Shown: positions 40,910 to 54,640 of the stretch, one piece after another
How positions within the stretch are numbered: the stretch's first letter is position 1
Layout of the letters: the number at the start of each line of letters is the position of its first letter
Origin: Eledone cirrhosa
Lineage: Eukaryota
DNA: 64,000 bases
Direction of reading: 5' to 3'
Assembly (NCBI GenBank): GCA_964016885.1
Contig: OZ024762.1
Span: forward strand, 19,964,001-20,028,000
Program-made: the position numbers and the translations under genes
The notes under the pieces: generated by a model
The model's database searches: none
The model's input: only the letters and a program-made list of their open reading frames with translations
What the model was told of the DNA's origin: nothing

Positions 40910-41073
40910 TGATGTATATATATATAAACATAGATCTCTATGTGGTGTGGATGTATATATATGTGGTGTATACATATAAACATAGTTTTATATTTGATAT
41001 GTGGATGTATATATATATGTGATGCATATATAAGCATGATTCTATATGAGGTCTGGATGTATATATATGTGTG

Positions 41074-41112
<39 letters not shown>

Positions 41113-41137
41113 CATGGTTCTATATATGGTCTGTATG

Positions 41138-41184
<47 letters not shown>

Positions 41185-41237
41185 GATGTATATTTATGCA
41201 TAGTGTTATATGTGCCTAGATTAATGTCTATTTGATG

Positions 41238-41327
<90 letters not shown>

Positions 41328-41648
41328 CATAGCTTACATGTGACATGAATTGATGTATATATAACTAAGCTCAGTATGTGGTGTTGTGGGTATAGATGTA
41401 TGGATGATGTATAATGTATATACACACACATAGGTTTATATCTGATGTAGATATATGTATATATGATTTATACATAAGCATAGTCTTTATATGAATGGCT
41501 TGGCTATGGAGACAAGCTTCAACCATTTCTTTACTAATCTAACATTAGTGCGTGTGTATATATATATACATTTATATGTATGTGTATATATATATACATA
41601 TATACATTTATATGTATGTGTATATATATATACATTTATATGTATGTG

Positions 41649-41698
<50 letters not shown>

Positions 41699-41731
41699 CA
41701 TATAAATGTATATATATATACACATATATAA

Positions 41732-41768
<37 letters not shown>

Positions 41769-41968
41769 TATATACACATACATATAAATGTATATATGTA
41801 TATATATATACACATACATATAAATGTATATATGTATATATATATATATATTATATATATATATACACATACATATAAATGTATATATATATATATATAT
41901 ACACATATATAAATGTATATATATATACACATACATATAAATGTATATATATATACACATACATATAA

Positions 41969-42017
<49 letters not shown>

Positions 42018-42124
42018 AATGTATATATGTATATATATACACACACACACATATATATAGACATACATACCTATATATATAAAGATACATACATACATAC
42101 ATACACACACATATATATATATAA

Positions 42125-42157
<33 letters not shown>

Positions 42158-42171
42158 AACACATATATATA

Positions 42172-42216
<45 letters not shown>

Positions 42217-42351
42217 GTCATGAGTAGGTAACTCTTGATGGAGTTGTGGGGTGGGGGGGTTGTCATGATATATTGGGCATTTTTCAGACCTGACAGAGCA
42301 CATCCCTCTTCAGGAGATAAATATGGAATGCTTCACAAATTTCCGTAATAT

Positions 42352-42414
<63 letters not shown>

Positions 42415-42421
42415 GTATATA

Positions 42422-42472
<51 letters not shown>

Positions 42473-42543
42473 GTATGTGTATATATATGTGTATATATAT
42501 GTATATATATATATGTATATATATATGTATATATATGTATATA

Positions 42544-42587
<44 letters not shown>

Positions 42588-42615
42588 CATATGTATATAT
42601 ATATATATATGTATA

Positions 42616-42668
<53 letters not shown>

Positions 42669-42683
42669 ATATATATGTATATA

Positions 42684-42778
<95 letters not shown>

Positions 42779-42787
42779 GTATATATG

Positions 42788-42825
<38 letters not shown>

Positions 42826-42853
42826 CATACATATGTATATATACATATGTATG

Positions 42854-42911
<58 letters not shown>

Positions 42912-43067
42912 GTATGTATAAATATATATATATATATATATATATACATATGTATATATATATATATACATATGTATGTATACATACATATGTATATATA
43001 TATGTATATATATATGTATATATATTTGTATATATATTTGTATATATACAAATATATATATATATAA

Positions 43068-43101
<34 letters not shown>

Positions 43102-43131
43102 GTATATATATATATATATATATATACATAC

Positions 43132-43200
<69 letters not shown>
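40600..43200. repeat. Large (TA)n/(TATG)n microsatellite field
   Basis: Direct observation. Confidence 0.95.
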
Positions 43201-43206
<6 letters not shown>

Positions 43207-43654
43207 GTGTGTTGCTACAGCTGACACCTATGCAGGTTGAAATGGCTACTGATAAGGTGTCCTGGCTCTTTTAATGATGGGGTCCACGTGTGTGTGTGTA
43301 GATATGCATCATGTGTGTGCGTATGTGTCTGCTTGTATGTATGCATGCGTGATTGAGTACTTTTACAAACACAACTACCTTCACATATATACATATACAC
43401 ACACACATATATACTGGTATATACACATGTATACACATAGAATGTTCCTAATACAATTGGTTATTGAACAGTTCGTATTGACAGAAAAAATTAATCTTGA
43501 TTTACACATTTACACGGCAGTGGCTGTGGTGTTGGTTGTGAAATAATTAGCATACCTCACACTTTTGTGTGTACGTGTATGGGTGTCTATGTGTGTGCAT
43601 ATGTATATATATAATGTGTGTGTGTATAATATATATATATGTATATGTATATAA

Positions 43655-44048
43655 ATCATCATCAACGTTTTACGTCCATTCTTCCATGTTAGCATGGGTT
43701 AGACGGGTTGTTGTCCTGTTGTGGGCAATGCCACGTCGGGTGACCATGTCTTGCTCATACAGGAACTGAAGCTGGCTTGATTTCTACAGCTGGATGCCCT
43801 TCCTAACACCAACCTCATTTACAGTGAGTGCTGGGTGCTTTTTTTGCCGTGGCACCTCCACGACCACTTTACAGTGGAATGATAGGGACCCCAGTCCCTA
43901 TCATCTCATTTCTACAGCTGAGTAAACTGGAGCAGTGTGAAATAAAGTGTCTTGCTCAAGGAAACAACACATCACCCGGTCTGAGAATTGAACTCACAAC
44001 CTTTCAATTGCAAGCCCAATGCTCTAACCACTAAGCCATGTGCCTTCA
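43655..44048 (-). mobile_element. SINE family C copy (variant RTE tail)
   Basis: Same head and core; tail ACCCATGCTAACATGGAAGAATGGACGTAAAACG. Confidence 0.8.
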
Positions 44049-44075
44049 CTATATATATATATATCAATTCCTAGT

Positions 44076-44151
<76 letters not shown>

Positions 44152-44179
44152 CAACTAGGAATTGATATATATATATATA

Positions 44180-44232
<53 letters not shown>

Positions 44233-44488
44233 CAACTAGGAATTGATATATATATATATATAAAGTGAAGGCACATGATGATGATGATACATATATATAT
44301 ATATCATCATCATCATCATCACATATATATATATATATCAACTAGAAATTGATTGACATATATCTAAAATAAACACATGAAACAATCACAGGGGATAATT
44401 CGCAAAGTGTGTAATCACACATAGTTAATTAGGTAACTAATTAAAGTTTAACTAGGGCTTCAAAAATTACCTTTTTTAAAAAATAAAA

Positions 44489-44528
<40 letters not shown>

Positions 44529-44764
44529 TCCTCAAAAAATGCACACAGGAAAACGGTTCCACAAGACAACCAGGCAACTACATCTCTATACCTCTTCAGC
44601 CACCTTTTTACATGCAATTTCATGCATAATATATCTATGTGTGTGTGTATGTACACACTTTAAAAATGTGTTGTGATGTCATATGATTATTTAAATAGTT
44701 GGATTCGATTTAATTTGATTGAAATAATCAAATATTAGCGATCCAAGACTGACATGTAACGCAT

Positions 44765-45598
44765 ATGATGAAACACGTGATGTTGATGTTGATGATGATG
44801 ACAGTGTTTACAACAGTGATGTTGATGATGATGTTGACATTGTTTACAACAGTGATGTTGATGATGATGATGATGATGATGTTTACAACAGTGATGATGA
44901 TGATGATGTTTACAACAGTGATGATGATGATGATGACAATGTTTACAACAGTGATGATGATGATGATGATGACAGTGTTTACAACAGTGATGATGATGAT
45001 GATGATGTTTACAACAGGGATGATGATGATGATGATATTTACAACAGTGATGATGATGATGATGATGATGATGACAGTGTTTACAAATGATGATGATGAT
45101 GATGACAGTGTTTACAACAGTGATGTTGATGTTGATGTTGACATTGTTTACAACAGTGGTGTTGATGATGATGATGACAGTGTTTACAACAGTGATGTTG
45201 ATGATGATGATGATGATGATGTTTACAACAGTGATGATGATGATGATGATGATGATGATGTTTACAACAGTGATGATGATGATGATGTTTACAACAGTGA
45301 TGATGATGATGATGACAATGTTTACAACAGTGATGATGATGATGATGATGATGATGTTTACAACAGGGATGATGATGATGATGATGTTTACAACAGTGAT
45401 GATGATGATGACAGTGTTTACAAATGATGATGATGATGATGGCAGTGTTTACAAATGATGATGATGATGATGATGCTTATAACAGTTATGATGATGATGA
45501 TGATGTTTACAACAGTGATGATGATGATGATGATGTTTACAACAGTGATGATGATGATGATGATGATGTTTACAACAGTGATGATGATGATGATGATA
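44765..45598. repeat. (GAT)n-GTTTACAACAGT minisatellite
   Basis: About 22 TGTTTAC motifs separated by variable GAT runs. Confidence 0.9.
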
Positions 45599-46079
45599 AA
45601 TCTGTGTGAGATGATATGATGCTGTAGATGGTGGAACTCTAACATCACAACTGACAAGATAAACTCTCACCTGCCATAACCTCTCAAATCTCTCAAAACA
45701 TTTCTGTTTGGGGAGATTTAAGAAGTTCTTTGTTTCTATTTTTTTTTGCTTTTCTGTTTTTTTTTTCTGTTTTTCCCCCCCTTCTTTTTTTTCTGTTTTT
45801 TTTTTCTATTTATTTCTTTAAATTCCGAGAGACTGCCTAATCTATAACTCAGACCTAATCTATAACTCAGACCTAATCTATAACTCAGACCTAATCTATA
45901 ACTCAGACCTAATCCTTCGCAGATAGATGCAATTAACCGATTGTCAGGAAGTGGGATTATGGAAATTAGCGCCATTCAGAAAACAAAAGAGGGGGAAAAC
46001 AAGACAAGACAGCCCACTAAATCCAGAGATAGTTAGCTCATAACGTCCTGTACCACATGAAGCCACATCAGGAAAATAT

Positions 46080-47320
46080 TCGCGAAAAGTACAAAACTGC
46101 ACTATAATTGTATCACATTGAAAACTGAAATGGCAACTTTAGTTTAATGTAAATTTTCACAACAATTTGTCCACTATTTAATATTCTTTAGATTAATAAA
46201 CCACGTGAAATCTCATTAACAAGACATACTTTAAGCTTTCACAACGATATCTCTACTAATAAAGATATTATAAACATTTTAATTAATAAGCTACATGAGA
46301 CCACATTAACAAGATATTCTTGAAAAGTACAAAACAGCAATATGACTACATCACATTAAATATTTAAGTGTTTACTTTAATACTGTAAATTTTCACAACA
46401 ATCTGTCCACTGTTAAATATACAATAAACATTTAAATGAAACCATATTAGCAAGCCATTCTTGAGAAGTATAAAACACCGCTTTGATTCCATCTCATTAA
46501 ATGTTAAAATCTTTTCTTAAATATTGCAAATTTTCACAGCAATCTGTCCACTCTTAAATATATTATAAACATTTAAATTAATACAGCCACATGAAATTGC
46601 ATTCGCAAGACGTTCTTGAAAAGTACAAAACAGATATATAACTACATCACATTAAATATAAAAGTCTTTATGTTAATACTGCAAATTTTCACAGCAATCT
46701 GTCCACTAGTAAAGATACAATAAACCTTTAAATTAATACAGCCACATGAAACCACATTAGCAGGACATTCTTGAAAAGTATGAAACATATATAACTACAT
46801 CACATTAAATATAAAAGTCTTTATGTTAATACTGCAAATTTTCACAGCAATCTGTCCACTAGTAAAGATACTATAAACCTTTAAATTAATACAGCCACAT
46901 GAAACCACATTAGCAAGACATTCTTGAAAAGTATGAAACAGATATAGAACTACATCACATTAAATATAAAAGGGCGGTGGATTGGCAGTATCAGTAGAGG
47001 GTCGGACGCCATGCTTTGCAGCAAAGAGTTACGGCCCTTTATGGTCTGAGTTCAAATCCTGCCAAGGTTAACTCTGCCTTTCATCCTTACAGGATCGATA
47101 AAATAAAGTACCAGTAATACACTGGGATAATTGCTGGCCTTGTGCCAAGAGTAGAAACAATTAAATATAAAAGTCTTTATGTTAATACTGCAAATTTTCA
47201 CAGCAATCTGTCTACGAGTAAAGATACTATAAACCTTTAAATTAACACAACCAGATGAAACCACATTAGCAAGACATTCTTGAAAAGTATAAAACAATAC
47301 TATGACTACATTACATTAAA
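46080..47320. repeat. About 153-bp AT-rich tandem repeat
   Basis: TTGAAAAGTA anchors at 46771 and 46924; older degenerate copies upstream. Confidence 0.75.
46972..47160 (+). mobile_element. SINE family A copy with target site duplication
   Basis: Flanked by TTAAATATAAAA at 46960-46971 and 47161-47172, inserted into the 153-bp satellite. Confidence 0.9.
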
Positions 47321-48379
47321 ACATTAAAAACAAATCTATGAGATCCGACCTTGTAGGAAGCCAGCTAAACTTACGTAGGGGTGACCCATAACGATGTATA
47401 TATGTGTGTGTGTGTGTGTGTGTGTAATAGGACAGGGAGCTGGGGTGCTCATATCATTAAAACATCAAAAGATCCAACCTTGTATGAAGCCAGCTAAAGT
47501 TACGTAGGGGTGAGTAGTGACATATATGTGTGTGTATACAGGGTGGGGTGTCATATTATAACATCCTAAAACGCCTCTAAGTTCCATCGCCGTAGGAGAC
47601 CAGTTAAACTTACAGAGGGGATGGGCTATATATTTCATTTTTAAAAAAAAAAGACATTTTCTTTTCATTTATCTAACATCATCATCATGTGCCAGATCTG
47701 TTCCAGATTTCAGCAGTCATAATTCCCTAGCCAGTGCTCCAGATGAGGTCACTCTTTCTCGTCCTATTTTCTTCAACGTATCTATTTGTTAGGACTGTCT
47801 GTAAATGTTGTTCTTTGTCTTCCTTGTCTCCTCATTCCAGCAATCTTACCACAAAAATTCAACTTCTCCAAACTGTCTCTTCTGTTTATGTAGCCAAAGA
47901 ATTCCAATTGTTCATTTAACCCTTTCATAACTTCATTTCTAATGAAAGACCCTCTGTTTCAATTAATTAATGAAGAACATTTGAAGAATTTAGTGAAATT
48001 ATTATTTATTTCATTACTAAGATAGTAACTTAATGTAAGGTTCTTATATAAAATTATGTTGGAAAATTTTAATTTCAATTGGAAACCTTTAACATGGGTG
48101 TTTTTATTTCATAGGACCAGAGCTGGTTTTGGCCGCATTGGTAACTAAAGGGTTAAACCCTTTTATGACTGCATTTCTAATGAAATACCCTCTGTTTCAA
48201 TTAATTTCTGAAGAATTTTGAGCAGTTTACTAAAATTATTAATTATTTCATTACTAAGATAGTAATTTAATGTTAAAATTATGTTGGAAAATTTTAATTT
48301 CAATTGGAACCTTTACAAGGGGTCGTTTTATTTCCTAGAACCTGAGCCAGTTTTGGCCGGCTTGGTAACTAAAGGGTTT

Positions 48380-49007
48380 TTCATCATCATTTTTACGTCC
48401 GCTTTTCCCTGCTTGCAAGGGTGGGATGGGAACTGATTCTGGCTTGATTTCTACAGCTGGATGCCCTTCCTAACACTAACCTCATTTACAGTGAGTGCTG
48501 AGTGCATTTTTTCCGTGGCACCTCCACGACCACTTTACAGTGTGGGCTGGATGCTTTTTTTCCGTGGCGCCTACACGTCCACTTTACAGTGTGGGCTGGG
48601 TGCTTTTTTTCCGTGGCGCCTACACCTCCATTTTACAGTGAGTGCTGGGTGCTTTTTTTCCGTGGCGCCTACACGTCCACTTTACAGTGTGGGCTGGGTG
48701 CTTTTTTTCCGTGGCACCTCCACGACCACTTTACAGTGTGGGCTGGGTGCTTTTTTTCCGTGGCGCCTACACGTCCACTTTACAGTGTGGGCTGGGTGCT
48801 TTTTTTCCGTGGCACCTCCACGACCACTTTGCAGTGGAATGATAGGGACCGCAGTCCCTATCATCTCATTTCTACAGCTGAGTAAACTGGAGCAATGTGA
48901 AATAAAGTGTCTTGCTCAAGGAAACAACACATCACCCGGTCCGAGAATTGAAGTCACAACCTTTCGATTGCAAGGCCAATGCTCTAACCACTAAGCCATG
49001 TGCCTCC
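48380..49007 (-). mobile_element. SINE family C copy with ~48-bp internal expansion
   Basis: CACTTTACAGTGTGGGCTGGGTGCTTTTTTTCCGTGGC... repeated about 7 times; head lies about 85 nt upstream of the FUT8 acceptor. Confidence 0.85.
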
Positions 49008-49101
49008 ATTTAACTATACCAAATCTTTATTTTACTTTCTTATAACGCATCTTTATTTTTTTTCCTTTTCTTTTTTTTTTTTGTTTCCTTTAGGGGGATG
49101 C

Positions 49102-49301
49102 ATGAGTAGCATGCGGACATGGAAGGTGGTAGCTGCCCTGCTAGGGTTCTGGCTGATCATCATGATGTACATGAGCAGCACAGTATTCCAAAATACAGAT
49201 ACATCACATCGTACAGAACGGCAATTACGCCATGCCATTGAAGAACTTAACAGGCTTCGCAGGCAGAATGTTGAACTGAAGCAATTGGCCACAGAACTCA
49301 A
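49102..49301 (+). CDS. FUT8: Alpha-1,6-fucosyltransferase, first coding exon (exon 49094-49301): cytoplasmic tail, TM anchor, coiled-coil stem
   Basis: MSSMRTWKVVAALLGFWLIIMMYMSSTVFQNTDTSHRTERQLRHAIEELNRLRRQNVELKQLATELK resembles the FUT8 N-terminus (human MRPWTGSWRWIMLILFAW...LERLKQQNEDLRRMAESLR); long polypyrimidine tract plus AG at 49092-49093; donor AA|GTAAG, phase 2. True start may be ATG 49111. Confidence 0.85.
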
Positions 49302-49314
49302 GTAAGACCCCACT

Positions 49315-49345
<31 letters not shown>

Positions 49346-49371
49346 CTCACTCTACATGGTCTAGTGGTTAA

Positions 49372-49595
49372 CCCTCTTTAGCAATACATTACTCTCTATT
49401 TACTATTGTATTTTCACGGTAAACACTTTATCTCACATAAATATCTCACATAAATATCAAATCTACAAGATTTTGAGATTATTTATTTTGAGAACAATAC
49501 CTTATCATAAGTATGGGCAACAAATTACAGCCGGTTTGAACAGAAAGAGGTGAGAGAATTCTGGCCAGATACAGCCAGTTTAAATGCTAACGGGG
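49372..49595. mobile_element. piggyBac-like MITE copy
   Basis: TTAA|CCCTCTTTAGC ... GCTAACGGGG|TTAA; diverged reverse-orientation relative of 7077-7296. Confidence 0.7.
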
Positions 49596-49649
49596 TTAAA
49601 GTGTTGGAAGCCCTGGATTCAATTACTAAACCAGGTGGCATATTATGTT

Positions 49650-51715
49650 TAATAATAATGAAATTATTGTGTACAGTGCTCAGGTGCACTACAACTCATC
49701 AAAGGTGCATGTATAGTACATAGAATAATATACAAATGTCAGAGAAGTGAATATATGTGTACGTGTGTATGGAGGGGGAATATTAGGTGTAGTGTTGGCG
49801 AATCTCAGGAAGCATAGAGGTTTTAAAGGATGCAGTGTATCGACAGCTAACAACTGATGCAGGGAGTTTGTTCCATGCTTCAGCAACTCTGAGCGTGAAA
49901 AAATCTTTCCGAAAGTCATGGGAACTGTACTGTTTTCTGACTTTGTGGGGCATGCTCACATGTGTTAGACACATGGAAAGCAAAAAGGTACTCAGGGTTG
50001 TTGTTGGCAAGATGGTTAATAATTTTGTGGGTGTTTACCAAGTCAGTTGCCAGACGTTGGAGCTTCAATGTATCCATGCCCAGGGAAGGAAGGTGTTCAG
50101 AGTATGGCAGATGCCTGATGGAGGGTATTCGCTTGGTTGCACGTCTCTGAACAGTTTCCAGGCAGTCAATGTTCTAAGCAAGATAATGGTTCCAGACTGG
50201 TGATGGAAATTCTAAGTGTGGCCGCACCATAGCTATATACAGCTTTAAATAGATAGCTGGAGAGCGGCTGACAAAGGTCTTGCTGAGTGATGCTAAGACA
50301 CCCTCGGCCTTCTTGACAATTTTAGAGACGTGCTTCGTCCAATGCAAATCGCTGCTGACAGTAATGCCCAGGTTACGTTCACAAGAAGACTTCTTGATAT
50401 TAGTGTTGTGGAGGGAGTATGTGGATTCTGGGTTTTTACTCCCAAAATGCATGGTGGTGCACTTGTCCACAGCTAGCTTGAGTTGCCTGTCTGTGATCCA
50501 TTGTTGCATTATGTCCAGGTCAGATTGCAGGCAAGATCTATAGTGCTCAGCATATGTCCTTTTTATATCAAGGTACAGCTTGATGTCATTTGCATATTTC
50601 AGTACTGTGGCATTCTTTAAGTTGGCATCTATGTCGTTAATATATGCCACAAACAAAAAGGGGCCAAGAACAGATCCTGTGGTACACCAGATGACATCTC
50701 ATATGGTGAGGAATGCTGTCCCAGAACTGTGACTACCTCTCTTCGACTGACAATGAAGGACTTCAGCCAGTTAAAAAGATCATCCTTCACACCCATTGCA
50801 GAGAGTTTTGCCATAAGCCTTTTGTGTGGCACAGAATTAAAAGCTTTAGCAAAGTCAAGGTAAACAACATCCACCCATGAGCCACCATCAGTGATCCGGG
50901 TGATGTCTTCAAGAAACTCGATAAGTTGATCGCAGCAGCTGGAGTTAGGGATAAATCCAAATTGCGAGGGCTGGATAAGACTGTGAGAGTTCCAGAAGTT
51001 CCAAAGCGTTTCTCTGACACAGGATTCCATCAGTTTGGCAATGCAGCTAGTAAGACTGACTGGACGATAGTTCACAGTTCATGTGCGGTCACCCTTTTTG
51101 AACAGAGGAATGACATTGGCAGTTTTCCACTGTTCTGGAATAGCACCATTGTTCAGACAGAATTGGAAGAAGCGTGATAACTGGTGCAGAAGGAGGTACC
51201 CACCACATTTGAGAATCAGGTACGTAACACCATCAAGACCAGGAGAGGCATAGTTGCGTTTATTTTTAAGGTGACATCGCAGCATTACAGGTGTAAATTC
51301 CATAGTTGTAATAGAATCCAATGTCAGAGGCGGTGGAGACGGTACACTCTGGTCTTCAATAGTGAAAATGCCTGCATAGTATTCAGCAATGAGTTCTGCG
51401 CATTCCTTGGGGTCATCAGTAACCTGGCTTGTGTGGGCATTGCAAAGAGGACCAACTGGAGAGTGAGGCCTCTGCTTTGAGTGAACATACTTCCAGAACA
51501 CCTTGTTGTCAGGGCTGGTTGCTATGTGCTGATCAAATTGAAGCACTGCCTTTTTTTTTTGTCACCTGTTTGAGATGGTTGGATGATTTATTTTGCTTTT
51601 TCCTATTGATATCTGATTTATGCAGTTTGTACTCACGTTCAGCATTGCAACGTTCTTTTCTGACAAGACAGGCTGCTGCAGTCTCCCAAATTGCACTTTT
51701 GGGGGGTTTTTTCAA
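49650..51715 (-). mobile_element. 5'-truncated CR1-type LINE (reverse transcriptase pseudogene), antisense in FUT8 intron
   Basis: SPGLDGV, IPEQWKTANVIPLFKKGDR, NYRPVSLTSCIAKLME, VDVVYLDFAKAFNSVPHKRL, SGVPQ, YINDI, KYAND (YADD mutated), YIAMVRPHLEF; frameshifts and stops; (ATT)n tail. Confidence 0.93.
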
Positions 51716-51739
51716 GCAAAAGACTTTATTTTATGTTGA

Positions 51740-52170
51740 TTTCCATGAGAGGATTGAAGGCCCTCTTAAAAAATGGGACACTTTTTCATGAAAAGATTCA
51801 ATACCCTTTTCAAAAAAAAAGGAACACTTTTTCATGAGAGGATTGGGTACCCTCTTCAAAAAAAAGGGACACTTTAAGATTGAGTGCCTTCTTAAAAAAA
51901 AAGGGATGCTTTTTCATGAGAGAATTGGGTACCCTCTTTAAAAAAAGGGGGACACTTTTTCAGGAGAAGATTGAGGGCCTTCTTCAGAAAAAAAGGGGAT
52001 GCTTTTTCCATGAAAGAATTGAGTGCCTTCTTCAAAAAAAGGAACACTTTTTCATAAGAGAATTGGGTGTCTTCTTAAAAAAAGGGACACTTTTTCATGA
52101 GAAAATTGGGTGTCTTCTTAAAAAAAAGGGACACTTTTTCATGAGAAAATTGGGTGTCTTCTTAAAAATA
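51740..52170. repeat. About 40-bp minisatellite
   Basis: TTTTCATGAGAGAATTGGGTGTCTTCTTAAAAAAAGGGACAC variants, about 10 copies. Confidence 0.8.
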
Positions 52171-52534
52171 GTTTCATTTTCAATTGTTTTATTTCATTTC
52201 TTTTTATATTTAGAACATGGATCAGATAATAATTGTTTCTACTTTAGGCACAAGGCCAGCAATTACCCCAGTGCATTACTGGTACTTTATTTTATCACCC
52301 CGACCCCGTAAGGATAAAAGGCAAAGTTAACCTGCAATGAGATAACACTGTTTCTATTTCTATAGTAACAGGAGTGGGAATAGAGAGGGGGGTAGGTAAG
52401 GAGAGAGAGAGGGGTAGGAAGAGAGAGAGTGGGGTAAGTAGAGAGAAGGGTAGAAAGAGAGAGAGGTTGATTGGGGTGAAAGAGAAAGAGATTTGTGTGT
52501 GTGTGTGTGGAGAAAGAAAGAGAGGTAAACTGAG

Positions 52535-52576
<42 letters not shown>

Positions 52577-52919
52577 AGAAAGAAAGAGAGGTACACTGAG
52601 ATGTATGTGTGTGTGTGTGGAGAAAGATGTGTGTGTGTGCGCATGTGTGAGTGAGTGCATGAAAGAAAGTAAGTAAAAGAGTGTGAAAAATTAGACAGAT
52701 GGTGTGTGTGTGTAAGAGAGAGTGTGTGTGTGTTTGTGTGTATGAAAGAGTGTGTGTGAGAGAAAGAGTATGTGTATGAAAGAGAGAGAGAGTGCATGAG
52801 AGAAACCGAGAGAGAGTGTATGAGAGAAACAGAGAGAGAAAGTGTGTGTGAGAGAGAGAGAGGGGAAAGAGCATGTGAGAGAGAGAGAGAAAGGGCATGT
52901 AAGCGAGAGGGAGAAAGAG

Positions 52920-53725
52920 CATGAGAGAGAGAGAGATATCATTACAGTTTACTTAAGAGTGTGTATGTGTGTGTGAGGGAGAGAGAAGGAGAGAAGGAGC
53001 ATGTGTGTGAGAGAGAGAAAAAGAGCATATGTGAGAGAGAGAGAGAGAGAAAGAGCGTATGTGTGTGTGTGTGAGAGAGAGAGAGGAGAGAAGGAGATGG
53101 CATGTGTGTGAGAGAATCAGAGCATGTGTTAGAGAGAAAGAGAGAGAGAGAGGGAGAAAGGGCATGTGTGAGAGAGAGAGATATTATTACAGTTTACTTA
53201 AGAGTGTGTATGTGTGTGAGAGGGAGGGAGAAGGAGAGAAAGAGAGAGAGAGGGCATGTGTGTGTGAGAGAGAGAGAGAGATTATTACAGTTTACTTAAG
53301 AGTGTATGTGTGTGAGAGGGAGAGAGAAGGACAGAAAGAGCATATGAGAGAAAGAGAGGGCATGTGTGTGTATGAGAGAGAGAGAGAGAGATTATTACAG
53401 TTTACTTAAGAGTGTGTATGTGTGTGAGGGAGAGAGAAGGACAGAAAGAGCATATGAGAGAAAGAGAGGGCATGTGTGTGTATGAGAGAGAGAGAGAGAG
53501 AGATTATTACAGTTTACTTAAGAGTGTGTATGTGTGTGAGGGAGAGAGAAGGACAGAAAGAGCATATGAGAGAAAGAGAGAGGGCATGTGTGTGTGAGAG
53601 AGAGAGAGAGATTATTACAGTTTACTTAAGAGTGTGTATGTGTGTGAGAGGGAGGGAGAAGGAGAGAAAGAGAGAGAGAGGGCACGTGTGTGTGTGAGAG
53701 AGAGAGACATATTACAGTTTACTTG
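52920..53725. repeat. AG/GT-rich ~110-120-bp minisatellite
   Basis: ATTATTACAGTTTACTTAAGAGTGTGTATGTGTGTGAG anchor repeated about 7 times. Confidence 0.8.
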
Positions 53726-53965
53726 AGGCAGAGTTAGATCAAAAAGTTGATATCTTTTTATGGAAGATACAGGAATGGAATTTTATTAAAAATAAAAATT
53801 TTATGAAAGAATTTAAAAAAATAGATTTTGCCAGAAATCATTTCAGCTTTATTATTTATATTTTTCATTAATTTTTATTGAAATTTCTATTCAAAAATTT
53901 ATATATACATGATTCCCATGCTAAACATATACATACGTTGTGGGACATATATATATGTGTGTGTG

Positions 53966-54006
<41 letters not shown>

Positions 54007-54061
54007 ATGTGTATATGAAATATATATGTGTGTAATATACATGTATATATATTTGTATATG

Positions 54062-54129
<68 letters not shown>

Positions 54130-54220
54130 TTGTAATATATATATTTAACAAAACACACATACACATATATATATATACATTTAATGACACACACACACAT
54201 ACACACGCACACACACACAG

Positions 54221-54293
<73 letters not shown>

Positions 54294-54449
54294 AATAAAA
54301 TATAGAGTTATTAACTCATTTCGATACCCTTAACAATTAACAAGCTCAAAGTATAAATACTTAGCATTATAATATAAATAAAGTACCAGTAATCTACTGG
54401 GTAATTACTGGCCTTGTGCCAAAAGTAGAAACAATTATTAATATTAATA

Positions 54450-54640
54450 AGGGCGGTGGATTGGCAGTATCGGTAGAGGGTCGGACGCCATGCTTTCCAA
54501 CATAGTTACGTCCCTTTACGATCTGAGTTCAAATCCCACCGAGGTTGACTTGGCCTTTCATCCTTACGGGATCGATAAAATAAAGTACCAGTAATGCACT
54601 GGGTAATTGCTGGCCTTGTGCCTAAAGTAGAAACAATTAA
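54450..54640 (+). mobile_element. SINE family A copy (extra 3' fragment upstream)
   Basis: Family A consensus match. Confidence 0.85.

Noticed and set aside
45836-45912. 4 x 18-bp repeat CCTAATCTATAACTCAGA as a regulatory array
   Set aside because: Real but indistinguishable from the many neutral short duplications here.
49650-51715. Active reverse transcriptase gene
   Set aside because: 5'-truncated, several frameshifts and stops, catalytic YADD reads YAND.
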